A DNA stretch of 64,000 nucleotides, taken from assembly GCA_040954595.2 (NCBI GenBank), contig CM082592.2:7117677-7181676 (forward strand). The letters are read 5' to 3'. The notes under the pieces are model-generated. The model ran no database searches and was not told the DNA's origin. It saw only the letters and a program-made list of their open reading frames with translations. Both the position numbers and the translations under genes were made by a program. Shown here in pieces: positions 1 through 13,350 of the stretch. Origin of the DNA: Balanoglossus misakiensis (lineage: Eukaryota > Animalia > Hemichordata). Every line of letters starts with the position of its first letter. Position 1 is the first letter of the stretch.

Positions 1-349
1 GATCTAATAGTAGCATGTATACGACTTGCACTAGTTCATGCAGTGGACTAGTTTATTCAGTCACTCACATCAGTGAATGGCCATCGAGTGTACATCACCA
101 ATCATAACACATATACATAATGTCCATTTTTTCAACATTCCGCGACCTATTGATTAAAATTTATGGTAGATACGAAAGAGGGATAACTATATTATTCCTT
201 CGTTACGTTGGGCTTTTAATGTGATCGTGGATGTGGGAGATTGGGATCCGATAACTACGGACAAGCTCCTGATCGCCATACTTACTTTGAGGCAACCTAG
301 GGTAAGAGGACAACATACGGGTGCTCGTTCTACACATGTACTCATATAA

Positions 350-383
350 TGATGACGTAGGACACATGCACTCACCGGAAGTC
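350..383 (+). promoter_or_regulatory. Putative INO80E proximal promoter motifs (CRE half-site TGACGT and ETS CCGGAAGT)
   Basis: TGACGT at about 352 and CCGGAAGT at 375-382, just upstream of the first donor at 414. Confidence 0.4.
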
Positions 384-783
384 AATGTTCTCAGCGTAAG
401 GAAAACAAGGGCAGGTAAGTTGTGTCACTGTTATGAAGAGAAAGTTGCAAAAAGTAAGTGTAAAATGCTTTGAACAACTTGAAAATACAATGCATCATGT
501 TAGTGTAAGAAAACAGACAATCCCAGCCCCCAAAACTTGTGTTTCCAATGCAGTGGTGGCGCTCTCACCATACGATGGTCTATGTTATTGTTTCGATATT
601 TTGATAGTGATGACTTTGACTTGCACCAAGCTAAACGTGAATTTGTGCTCAACAATCCCAATAAAGCCATTCCCATAAAACAAAGAATATTTTTCAAGCT
701 TGATAATAACATTTTCATCATTTTTCAGAGATTCGTACTGCTTATGGTAAACAACTTGAATGTGAAAACAACAAAACTATGTT

Positions 784-2433
784 ATGATGCCGGTTGCAGG
801 TAAGAATCATATGCACCATACATCAATGATAATACAGGCTTGAGTATGTCCATAGATGATTTAAAAATACATGAGAATTGGCAAAAGATACACCTCCTTA
901 TATTGTTTTTGTCTGTATATCAAACCAAAATGTACAACACATGTCAATGTTCATGATTGTTTACCAAAAATATTTTTTTTTCCACTCCAGATGAGTTCAA
1001 CTCTGACATAGGCGAGTCACCTAACTACAAACAGAAATACAAAACCCTGAAGAGGAAACTCAAATACTTAGTATATGTAAGTTTTCCAAGGAGTTTTAGA
1101 GCATCATATGAGCTTATCGGCACCTGTGACATTTGACTGTTTGTTCTGGGACAGTTAACTATCCAGGTCTTGTCTGCTATATCTTCATTCTATGATAGAT
1201 AAAGTGTTTGTGGGATATTTACAACATTTTTTTTTTCTTTCAGGAGCAAGAATGTTTCAATGAAGAGCTGAAGAGAGCTCAGAGGAAATTACTGAAAGTG
1301 TCGCAGGACAAAAGCTTTCTGTTGGATAGACTGCTGCAATATGAACAGATAGAGGACTCGTCTTCAGATTCAGACGACACAGATTCATCATCGAGTGATG
1401 ATGTCAAGGTGAGATTGGGATTCATTTTCAGATGCTTGAATTGAAAGGAGTAAGTGAATTATGCAAATACTTACTTTGCATAAATCAAGTTGAAGATTGT
1501 AGAAATTTAAAAGTGTAACATTTTCATTCAACCCAGGACATTGTTCAGAAATCCAAAAGGAAGAAGACAACGTCACAGCCACTGCCTTCGCTTCCGTACG
1601 GTCTAGAAGGGTTTAATCCACAAATTCTTAGTGCCATGGGGTATCCAGGATTTCTGCCATCAACATCCCAGGGCACATCACACTTACATGTAAGTCTAAG
1701 TTCTCACTCACAGATGATGATTTTATGCCACGGCAAACTATGTAATTAATTCTAATCATCATGATACTAATATCAGTGCCTTTGTTTCTGTTCATAGAAT
1801 CCAATGTTTTCAGATATTCCACCCAAGAAACCAAAGAAAAGCAGGTCTTCAAAAGCTGGTGAGTTTGAGTTATATTTGTGATCCAATAAATCATGAAAAC
1901 TATTGTTTTTACGAGCTTTTTACGATCCAAAGATTTCATGTCTTACTCAGTGTTGTCATGCGTTTGTTTTAGGGTCGTCCAGTAAATCGAGCGGTGGAAG
2001 CAAAAAGGGTGACGGAAAGGCAAGTTCAGGAAGCAGCATGGCTCCTGGTACCTCACCCAAACAGTAAGTGCAATGATTTTAGTGCTGTCCAAATGTGGTG
2101 CAACATTTTGACATTTTCACCCATTTTTATCTTATTTGTTCCCTTAATTTTAGACCAAGTGGACATCATTTTCCATTGTCTGCAGGTCTTGATCAAAATT
2201 TTAGGAAAAATGTGGGAAAACTTATGAGGGTTAATTTTTTTGACAGTTGACGACAAGTTGCCTATTGTATTGAAAGGGCATGGGTACTGAATTAACTATA
2301 GAATACCAACACTCTGTATCTCTGTTTTATCGCTGATAGGAAGACGTTTGGTGATGAAGAAGAAAGTGGAGCTCCTCCCCCGGAGGATCCATACGAGGGT
2401 GACGACAACCTCATCATTGACATCCCAGAATAA
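784..2433 (+). CDS. INO80E: INO80 complex subunit E (7 coding exons, approx. 784-799, 991-1076, 1244-1408, 1537-1689, 1798-1858, 1973-2063, 2340-2433)
   Basis: Spliced reading [68 protein letters not shown]...[10 protein letters not shown]. This matches the INO80E coiled-coil and C-terminal motifs. GT-AG sites are phase-consistent, and a likely non-coding first exon ends at about 414 (gcag|gtaagt). Confidence 0.92.
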
Positions 2434-3913
2434 GGCCCCCACTAATAATTCATCTAATACATTCATAGAGATTGGACAGTCTTGTTGTTAGTCATGATCT
2501 GGTGAAAACATTGGATAATGGACTAAGAAATGACAGGGTATACCATCACATGCTATACTTGAGCCGGTGTATATATTTTTTTTAAGCAAGACTGACCAAT
2601 GTTTTGGTAACTGCCTTTTACTATGATAATAAAGATAACCACATATTGTAACTAAACTTGATCAGACCTGTTTGTCATTCTTACCCCCCCCCCCTTTTTA
2701 TGGGAGGAGGGGGGTTCTGAAGCCACCATTTACAGTTGACAATAACTTCAATCACTCCTGGAAGTAAGGTTATCAGTGGTTCTTCACCAAGGTGGCACAA
2801 TTATTTCAGCTTGAGTGACTTTATTAATCCCAATGTACGATTACAAGTACATGTACATGTACTTGAGAATATATACAGCTATTTGCTTTTACTTCAGTGG
2901 CAGTCCTCTTATAAAACATTTCATTATCCAAAATTTTACGTTAAAAGTACAGTGTCATTTAATAATCTACACCAGAAATAAAATTATCAATAGTTGAGAA
3001 AAAATCTAGCTGATATGAGAATTGTAATTCATGATATGGTAATTCTGAATACTGAATTTGAATACGACTTTTTCAGGAGTCGCACTTCTGTACAAACTGA
3101 CATCACCGTTGAAATTCATTTCCAATGTATTTTCTGAAACCCTTAAAACTGTCAGTATCACATACAACATACTTTTATTACAAAATACTTCAGAAAAAAA
3201 TAAAAAAGTTATATACAGGTTAGTTTTAGAAATGGCACGATAAATGATTCTTCAATGTACATATTGCATGCAGCACTGTTCCTTCCCCCACCATTACATT
3301 ATTTACATAAATGATAACTAGATCTTTCTTACATGGTTTCTTGATTAGCAAATGAATATTTACAACTTCCAAACAGATGTTGGTGTTACACCAGTTTTCG
3401 CAATTCCTACAATACCATTCTCAAAATGGTTTGTTAAATTGCCCTACATATTTACAATTTCTTAAAAAGTTTGTCGGTTTCATAATCAGTCCCTCCCCCT
3501 TTAAGAAGTTAGTTTACGCTACAATATTCAACAGCCATCGCACAAGATCAATTCACACAGACAATTCCCTACTTGTAAAATGTTACATATCTGATGATTT
3601 TTTGAAGACAATGATGTATACAGCTGGAAAACCACAGGCAGATTTCAGGACATGGCTGTAACTGGTTCTGATAAGTACCTGAGAAACAGCACCTGTCTGA
3701 AAACATTGGCCGATTTCAGAGCGGTATGGATAATTCTCTGATGACGTATAATCCGATAGTTTTGTCTGATATGCGTAGTCCTGTGTGGAGGTTCTTGTAA
3801 ATGCTTTTCTTTGGCACCATGTTGGAAGTAGGCACACCGGTAACACGGTTGAAACCTGATATTCCCCCAAAAGTAACTACTAGTATACATCCCAACAGGT
3901 GGAACGTTCTGGA

Positions 3914-6900
3914 TCAGGCATCCGGAAGTTGACTGCAAGAATCAAGCAGAGGTGAGAATTATTAGCAAAATCTTTATAGTATTTTCTGTCTGATTTGATC
4001 CTCACGTAGAAACTTGAAATTTGATTCATGGTCGAACAAGAAAACTATTAAAGAAACTCACTGGCACTCAAAGTTTTTCTCTGCAAATATCCTGATGAGG
4101 AAGGAGGCGACAGAGCCGATATCGAATGTGGACGGAATGAGCACGTAGCTCCCAGGGTCCAGGGAAAATCGCTTGTTGACCTCACGGTAGTTGATGTAAA
4201 CACCAGACTTGCCATCGGCGTAGTTGTACATAAAATGATCCACTGGGAGACGTCTGCCAGGATTGTCGGTCTGCAGTGGGAAAATCCAGGAATTAATTTT
4301 CAACATATTTTGAACATGAAATGATGGTAAAGACAAACATAAGTGTAATGTAAGTCATAATGCATTATTCTTGCACCATCTTTGCCAGATGATAGTTTTG
4401 AAGAATTTAAAAAAAATGACGAAACTAATCTCCAAAGGTAAATGAGTCCAGTGTCAGTAAGTAACACCTCAGTTTGCATTCAAACTGCACTGAGGCATGT
4501 CATCAAATAACGTGACATCACTCCAAGGGACATACAACATTCATTGTAAGCTAAATTCCTCGGGCACACATACTTTGTAAATGATGAATGCAATCTGATG
4601 GTAATTGGTGGCCAGATTTTTGTGTTTCCGTCGGTATTCTTGCATCAGTGTGACCACAACGGAGCACTTCCCCTTCTCGCTGATATCGTCGACCTCTGGA
4701 TCCCAGTCATCTGAAACAGAAATGGCAACATTCAGTCAGTTGAATGAAATAATATTTTCTAGGCATTCTCCAGCATCAAGACATAAAAACAGTCCAGTTC
4801 TACTGTCTGCAGTAATGGAGACTGGTCAATATCTTTGATGGAAAAATGCCGTTTGAAAAATTTGCTACAGGCATCTTGTTTATGTTTATTTGTTACAAGA
4901 ACTACCAGTACTTGAAGATCAAAACTGCCATTTACCTGGTTCTGTCAGCGTGAACACAAACTGGGGATTTGTTGCGAACGATTTGATGTTATTCCTCGAT
5001 CCTCCCGCATTCAATCCTTTCACCCAACTCCCTCGAAGCGTTTTCAGGTAGTAGCTCTCCCCTCTGTTTTCCACGATGTCCGCAACTCCGTCGCCGTCAA
5101 AGTCGGGACCGACTGTACAGATTGTGATTTCATTGAAATGCTGACAGAAGTCATCGTAGGAAATCCTATGAAGACAGAAAAGCCAATTCACAATGAACAT
5201 ACAGGTGTCTTTGGTCAGATTGCTGAATACCATGGTGTGCTATGAGGAAATGGGGTGAAATCTGCACATGCATAGCATAACCAAGACACGCATACAGATG
5301 GAACCAACTTTATCGTATATGACCCCATTCAGGACTTCACGCAGTGGGGACAAATTAAGACAAGGCCCTGATTACAGGTGTGGGTCACAAAAATAAATCT
5401 GCTCCATTAATACCGACCATTAAATCTTCACTCACCAGAACTCTCCATCATCTTTGTCTCGCCATCCTATCGCTGTCTTCTCTTCATCAGACACATCATC
5501 CCAGGTATATGAACTGCGACATTAAAAGTAACAGCAATGAAATTACCACTGCAATGTCCAGTCAACACCGCAGGCCAGACACGTCATGTGACAGCAATAT
5601 TAATTGGTACACACAGATTTCTACGCTTGTTTATGCAAATCTGTGCCTGTCCATTCTTTTTCCGTTGTTTGCTTACAAACCCACTGTAGATTTTATCTTA
5701 GAATTTATAAGTCAGTGTATGAGTTCACGTTTCCAAACCGTCACTTACTCGTCACTCCAGTGTCCGTTCCATTCCGTGGCGTTTCCCCACGGATTCCGGA
5801 CTCTCACCAGGTTGGCGTAACTGCCGTTCACCAGCCGGCATTTCTTCACGGATGACACTGTGTACGCATGACCAGACACCAGACCATGCTCATCCGCGTG
5901 ATCTGCCTGTCTCCAATCGCCCTATAGAAGAAATTTGAGAAATTTCTCGTCAATTAAACTCCATTTATAATAGATTAACCAAAATCAAAATGGACTGAAA
6001 TGTATTAAAATAAATAGGAACACTAATGGCAAATTACCTTTTTGCTGCATGTGATGAAGGAACCATATCTGGCATTTCTGACCAGCTGTTTGTAAAGGTT
6101 TTCTGGAGGGTCTTTGAGGTCGTATCTCTCAGTCAGCCCTCCGGTCATGTCAACCAATGCATCAGATGCCTGCCCTCCCGCAAGACCTTCGTATGAACCA
6201 TGAAGTCTGTACAACACGAAAGACAGAATGGGTTAAGTACTCACTCTCTTTTTCACACAAAAAATATTATCTTGCTGTAAACACGCAAGATATTATTCAG
6301 AAATGTAAAAAAAAATCCAATTCAATCAAAATAGAATAAATAACAAGAAACACCCCCACTTCCCTGTACAGACGTCCAGCATTGAGAACAGTTGAGTTGG
6401 ACCAAAACCATGGTGGTACAAAGGTTAAAAATCAAAGTTATTTGGGCCATCCCAAGCAGAAAGGGGTATTATGGGACCGCGATACTTATGACCATAAGAC
6501 CCCTTTCTGCTTGGGATGGCCCAATTTTTCCTTTGGTTGAATTTGTTTCAAATATAAGAGGTTGTGTCTTCACTTACTTAGCATATGCCTTCTCAAGCAG
6601 AGGTACCCAGAATTCACTCTCATCGTTGGACCGTGCAAACAACAGCTGATTATATCGGGTCGGCAGTCGATCATCAATCACCACGTCGACCCATTTTCCG
6701 AAACGCCAGAATTTGAAGTGGAACATCCCGATGTACTCGTTGTCTTTCCATAAGTATTGATTTTCAGGAATGATCTAGAGGAAGGCAATAGTTGGAAAAG
6801 GGAGGCATGATTATTTGGGAAAAGTCAAGAATTTTCCACACAGTTGAAAAGTCATTTGGAGAAATGTTTTGCTTTCAGCTTTAGAGCATTTGTAATTTAT

Positions 6901-8600
6901 TTCGATGATATAGGAACAATGTACATTCCAGTGCATTTGTAGATGTAATTAAGGCTACAGACCAGTCTATCTGCAGCCTAAACTATGTGATTTTACCATG
7001 TCTTTTGAGTGGAGGCACATGCCAAACCCCATACATAACACAGGATGGAACCATCCAACATTTAACCCACCCCAAGGTACAGTTGTACCATCCAAACTTG
7101 TTTAACCCCGCCCAAACCTGTTTGAACCACTTTATGAGTTAGCAAGTCAAAGATGCACAGTACCTTTTCCATGAATCGTTTGTGTTGAGCGAGGGCAGCA
7201 CAGGACGACAGAAACCAGCAATCTCCCAGAATTCCTTGTATGACATCATCACGACTGACACCATCAACTAAAAGTCTTGGATTATCGGTCAACTCCTAAG
7301 AATATCAAGAACAATTTTGCTAAGAATTCTCGTGATGGTCTGTATTTTAACTTGTATCTTCGCAACTCGTTAAAATACGGACACATCACTCGAATACGAC
7401 GCATTATCGACCAAACTTCGTGTAACAACCCCTAAATATTAATCTATTACTTTTGACGGAATGACAAAAACTCCCACCTGTGGTCTCTTCCACTCGATTC
7501 CTTCAGTGGATGTGTCACTGAAGAATAGAGAGTTTTCGTCCGCTGGGAAGCCCCCATCTTCAAAGATAGATCCTTCCTTGACCACTGCATCTCGTATGTC
7601 TGCAATATTCTGTCAATGTGAAAGGGAAATGCCAGTAGTGTCAATGGCACTGTAGCTATCAATCATGGTAGACTGAAACACTGACTTTATGGCTTATTTA
7701 CACTGTAATACCCACTATTTACTTTGTGTGGAGTAATATATAGTACTCAGGTTTCGTTTCTATTTATATCTGTTACCTAAAGCTGGCTGATTTTACAGAA
7801 GTGGTCAACATGTAGGCAGTGTGACCCACCATCCTTTGACTCATTTAGAAAAAATACAATGGGTTATGATTACACATGCCAACCAGGAAATTCACTTATT
7901 ATGTTCTTGTGAAAATAAGTTGTCTCAGAATTAAAGTGTTTAAATTCTGTGATTCCGAGGTATGTGAGAGCCAATAAGTTCTAACATAAAAACATAAATC
8001 ATTTAACTTCTTTGTTAGAATTTTATATAAGAGACCATCCATCATCATGAAGGAATGTGGTTTTAAAAAACCACTAGTGACATATACAATGTTTGTATGA
8101 TGTCAAACCTAAGTGCTGACAGGAGACACACAATGGCCAGACTCTAGTGTACTGTAACAGTCAATACATAAAATACATAAACATGCACAATGTGTGTATC
8201 TGCCGTATCTTTTCAATGAGACATCGCTATTCAGTGACAATAGTGCGCAAAAACACTTTCAGTCCCAAATGTACGGGTTGCAGGGCGATGCTCCCCTGAG
8301 AGGTCCAGGAAAAGTTCTACTGCCCCACAACCGGACATTCGATTCTGGCTCAACCCGCGGAAAGTTATTTTGTGCGCAATAACTGAAAGTGAAAATGAAT
8401 TACAAAGCTCTGTACATTGTAAATATACTAGTACGCACCAATGTCACACCAAGATTCAGTGCCTCGTCGTCGTACGGCTCATCGTGTTCGTCTTTGTCGA
8501 CTGGTTGTTCGCGCCCTGGTTCGACTTCATCACTTCGCCAGGTTTCGCCTCTGTCCTTTTCTCTAATGGAACCACCAGTTGAACTGGACGAGCACCCCAT
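3914..8600 (-). CDS. Calpain-family cysteine protease (CysPc plus domain III, no penta-EF-hand), multi-exon
   Basis: Exon 1 (8600-8439) MGCSSSS...GVTL joins in phase to NIADIRD...FEDGGFPAD...IEWKRPQ. Catalytic motifs [10 protein letters not shown] (Cys), [10 protein letters not shown] (His) and RVRNPWG (Asn) are present, as are domain III motifs [15 protein letters not shown] and [11 protein letters not shown]. The last exon gives ...FECHQLPDA* with TGA at 3916-3914. Confidence 0.9.
6352..6428. mobile_element. Degenerate MITE copy of the same family as 19585-19669
   Basis: The reverse complement of TGGACCAAAACCATGGTGGTACAAAGGTTAA resembles CCCTTTCACCACCATGGTTTGGTCCA at 19585. Confidence 0.5.
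6442..6524. repeat. Near-perfect inverted repeat (hairpin or MITE-like) in a calpain intron
   Basis: TTGGGCCATCCCAAGCAGAAAGGGGT...ACCCCTTTCTGCTTGGGATGGCCCAA: a 26-bp perfect arm, extendable to about 33 bp with one mismatch. Confidence 0.85.
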
Positions 8601-9813
8601 GCTGACTGTCTACCCTGTCAAACGACTCGGCTGGTCATTAATGCGTTGTCCTTGAAGGGGATCCACTCCACGCCTATGACGCGGTCGCTAGGTGACCACA
8701 GGTGTTTATTCATCAAGGACTGTCCAGGGAAATCGAAAAAAAAAACATCCTTGGATTCACATTCGGGGGCTTTTAAAATTCGAAGCGTCTTGAATTTTTA
8801 AAATATGCTTTACTGGAATAACTAAAATAGTGTATAAGTGGCAGACTTTAGGAGACATTTCCCTTTCCAAAGCAGACAAATGGGTAACCCGAACATGCTG
8901 GGATCCGGAATGTCCATTGGAACTCCGCACGATTCTGAATCTAAAAACAGGGCACCTTTCACTTTCTCCAGCTGGTACACGAAACATGGTCACGTCTTAG
9001 AGAATTGGCAAGCACGTTTATTAGCATATTTATTAATAAAGTATCAATGCCATTTCAGGCATAAGATAACGCAGCTCGATAATAGTAATAGAATTTATAT
9101 CACGTATTACGACAATCTTCTACAAAAGTGAGACATTCTTACAACACAAGAGGGCGTTATTCGAAGGTTCTACTTGAATCTATGATGGATGTTCACATAA
9201 ATTCACACACAGCACACACACCATACACAGATAAAATGTATATATGAAAGAATTCACAAATCACTTCATCCCTCCACCCATGTATATACCACAGACAGGC
9301 AGACACAGAAATGGTGATTGCAATTTTTAATCATGAATTTTATAAACAGCCTTACAAAGCATTCAGTGGCCTGACTTTTTTCTGAGAACTTCCACTTAAT
9401 TCATTATTCAAGTGACAAAGAAGAAAATAAGACAAACAACTTCTTATTCATAGTTTCTGGCAGTTCCTTGTCCCTTTCTGAGGACTCTTTCGCAGTTGAC
9501 ATGCACAATATATCTCAGAGAGTGAAAACAAAACAGTCTCAGAGATAAAGGAACTCTGAAATTCAAAATAGTTAAGGCAAATGTTGTAATTTTGGACAAT
9601 AGTACATCATTCTAAGAAGTACATGGCTCATACATCTTTTCCAGGAAACAGACATTCACACACTTTCTACAAACTGTACACACTCGCATATCTGAGAAAC
9701 GACTGATTATTCCTACAAATCTGTGGAACCTACAATGGAGAAACAAAAATAACATCTAGAATATCTAGAATTGCAGTAATACCCATATGGCAGGACAGCT
9801 GTTCTTGAACTTA

Positions 9814-10016
9814 GGGGAGAACCATTTGATTTCGGGGGGGGGGGGAGATTTTTGGGGGAGGGGGGAATTTGTTGGCAGGTGGTGCAGATGAAAAACATTC
9901 CTTCTGCAATGCCTTGAGGGACAAGGTGGCAATCGAAAACATTTTTTTTTCGCTGTAACAGTGGCTGAAAACAATTTCTGACATGCACCCCCCCCAGAAA
10001 TCTAACGGTTCTCCCC
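9814..10016. mobile_element. MITE (about 200 bp) with about 27-bp imperfect TIRs, flanked by TA
   Basis: TA-GGGGAGAACCATTTGATTTCGGGGGG ... CCCCCCAGAAATCTAACGGTTCTCCCC-TA. Confidence 0.75.
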
Positions 10017-13000
10017 TAACCGTACAAAATAAATAAGATGCCACTTGACAGACTGATATGCGTATCTTATTCACATGTCACACAGATAATCATCTCGGAG
10101 TTTCTGGAAAAAAAACACTCCAATTTTCATTTACATTGTGACACTTAATGACCACGAGAGACCACAAGCTATGACCTACTTTCAAACTTCCCTCTCATTA
10201 TATATACACCAATTTCACCCCGGGTGGAAAAAAAGAACTTGTAAAGAAACTCTGTTGAACCTTCATTAATGACTACACAAATGGTTTATCTCTTATTTTT
10301 CCTACCTCTTGAAAAAGGGACCAAAACTTTACAGTACTCAAACCGGCACAATTCCTAAAAATAATTGAAAAATTATTCAAAACTTTCTCGCAAAAAAGAC
10401 ACTCTTCTAATTCTACTTTTTGGTATAAACTGACCTACAATGTACAAGTAATAAGATTTTGTACATGCAAATATACTCCCCCCACCCAGCCCTTCTCCCT
10501 AAGGGTGAATACCTCAACACTACATGGAAAATTTAACTGCATCACCGTCTTCTCATTTGTCACTGGTCCTCTGAAGTATACCAGAGACAAAATGTAAATG
10601 TACTACAGAATAATGAATATTCAGAAACACTTGTCAAAACTTTTTTTGAAAGGTTGTTCCTTGACGATAAATAAGGCTGGATGAATACGAAACTGCTGCA
10701 TAATGAAACCGAAAAAGATAATGCGTATATCTTTGAATATCGAGAAACACTTGGGAACTCTCTGATAAATACGCATTGCCGATCAGCAACTTGTTAAAAA
10801 AGCTTGCAACTCAAAAAGATAGAAATTCTGCCTTTTTGTGTTGGTGGTTTTCCAAGGTGACATGTTGGCATGTACACTTAGCTTCAGTAATGTTTCTATT
10901 CGCTGAATTTACAGCGATTTTTCTTGCAAGTGGCATGTAATAAAAATATTGCGGCCAAAATATGAAAATATGAGCCTTTTTGGCACTAAAATCACTCTCA
11001 CCTTTGTGCGTCAGACAGGACATCATCTATACCCCCCCCCTCTCCAATAATTCCACATCGGAGCTGCAATATACACCAGTCCAGCATTTTCTATGGCATT
11101 AAAACTTTGTTCAACCCACCATGTGGTACTACCACTAGGAATTCTGCTTATTTGATCCGAGTGCAATCTCATGATATGGTTTGAGGATACATATGAAACA
11201 GTGAAGTGTTGAAGCCATCCTCATTATACAAAAAAAAATATCAGTGGTCAACATTACTGCCACAAGGAGCACCTTCAGCTCATCAATACAGACAACCAAG
11301 TTAACTGTCAAGGAGTGGACTGGTACAACGTAGCATCTGGAAATTGTCAATAGCTGCCTGTGAACTTGACACACTTGCACCAACCACCATTTTCTACAAA
11401 ATGCGAGGAGCTGTTCATCCAGCTCTTCGTACAGGAATGCAGAGATTGACATAAAATCTTCTAATTACATAATCATCCTCCAAGAAATAAACAGTAATTC
11501 CCCAAAAGCTAAGTATTCTACTTGGTAAGCTTTTTGATGAACTGTGAGTGCTATTCTCGTCCCAGTCTGTCATTTTCTCTCTTTTATTCTTCAGTTAACA
11601 AAAAAGGTAGTTGACATGTGGACTTTATTATAATCTGTCACAGACTTCCTAAAATGCAAAAAAACTGCTGCTAACACTAATTAGCAATGCTGTTCTCTGG
11701 CCTTCTTTGGAATTTAGTTATTTTGGTTGACATGACAACCGACTAAAAATTACGATTGAGGTGTTAAGTTGAAAACGACCCATTTTTCAGTGGCCACAAT
11801 GAAATGCGATGCTTGGCAAGTTTCAATAATGTTATCTTAACATGCATTTCTTATATCTACTTCAATGGTTACGTTCGGATAATATGCATGAAATACAAAA
11901 CTTGACCTGACCATTAACTGACTTTGTGGTATTATGTGGCTCACCAAAATTTCAATTTGTTTACAAAAACTGCTGGTAATGTGTATACTTATTATTATCA
12001 GTTTCTGCACCACAAGCTGCAGAGACGAAGTACCTTGCTTCATTCCCAGCAGTTTCTCTAAATCGAAAGCTTGGCGTGCCACGCACTACAACCACCGCAG
12101 TCAAAGTTTCAATATTTAAATTAATGCTCAACGCAAATGGACAATAAAACTGTTCAAAAATGTAAATAACCAAAGCAGTTCATCAATTGTCTGCTAATTC
12201 TGCATATATGAACTGATCTAGTCAAAAGTTCCACTGAAAGAAATGTGTCAATGTCTCTCATTAGTCTCTTACTTAAATATCTAGTCTCCTACAGTACTTA
12301 AACTACTAGAAAACGTATACATGTAACAAAAGTTCTAAAAGCGTTGAAGTAGCCAGCCAGTTAAGAATGCAAGTTTAACATTCTCTTCTTTTTTCTTCAG
12401 TTAACTTTCACTGGAGTTAACTGAACTGAATGTATATGCCAAATATTAACAGAATAAATCCATTCGTCTTTCCATACAGTTCCTTTTCATTTGAACTGCT
12501 GTAAAGAAAACACTTTGAGCTAGCTGCATGATTCCCTCCCCCAAAGCAAACCGATTTTCACTTTCATGGTCTCTTTCACAACCAGCACAGTTCAAATCGG
12601 CACAACGCAAACGCTGGGGTAGCTGGTTACCCGCGGCTGAATTAGCAACACAAAGCTCGTCAGCTTAAAGGGACACAAGTTGCTACCTTTCGACGTGGTT
12701 ATTTTTGCATCACCAGTCATGTTTATGTACAGTTCTGTTGACATTCTGAAAAGTGGTTGTGATGCATCAGCAGTTGTTTCATGACATAATTGAAACATTT
12801 TTTCACAAGACAAAAATAACCAAAACAAGAAGCAACTTGTGTCCCTAATGAACGAAAAGATTTTGCAGTATGTCCGGACTAATACAGCCTTGCAAACTGA
12901 AAAGTACTTTCGGAAGTTTTTCTTGGGTTCATCCCAGCGAGTTACACATACACATTTCTGTGTACATAAAAAAAAAGTCGAAACACAAAAATGAAATAAT

Positions 13001-13350
13001 ACATGAAGCCACTGAAAGGACACACAAATTCACATCAAATATATAAAATAATTCTAATGTTACATATAGAAATATTTTCTTGTAATACATTTGTACACAA
13101 AAGTCACTTATAGCAAGACACGTACATCTTTCCTCTCTTACCGATGTCCTTGCCAAAATGGGCAATTCTAGAAAAGCCTAAAAAAATACTACTAAATTCT
13201 TATATTTCTTTCATGCAAAGAAGACTTCTAGTTTTACTTTTCAAACATCACGTGTTTGTTCTAGTTTCCTTCAAAAGTTCTAGACTACTTATATACTACA
13301 GGCGGAATGGACCAATTTGTGCGGGGGGAAGTCCAAGTGTAATCCTACTG

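Noticed and set aside
8210-8382. Possible extra calpain exon after a good acceptor at about 8383
   Set aside because: It has stops in all frames, and exon 1 already joins the next exon in phase.
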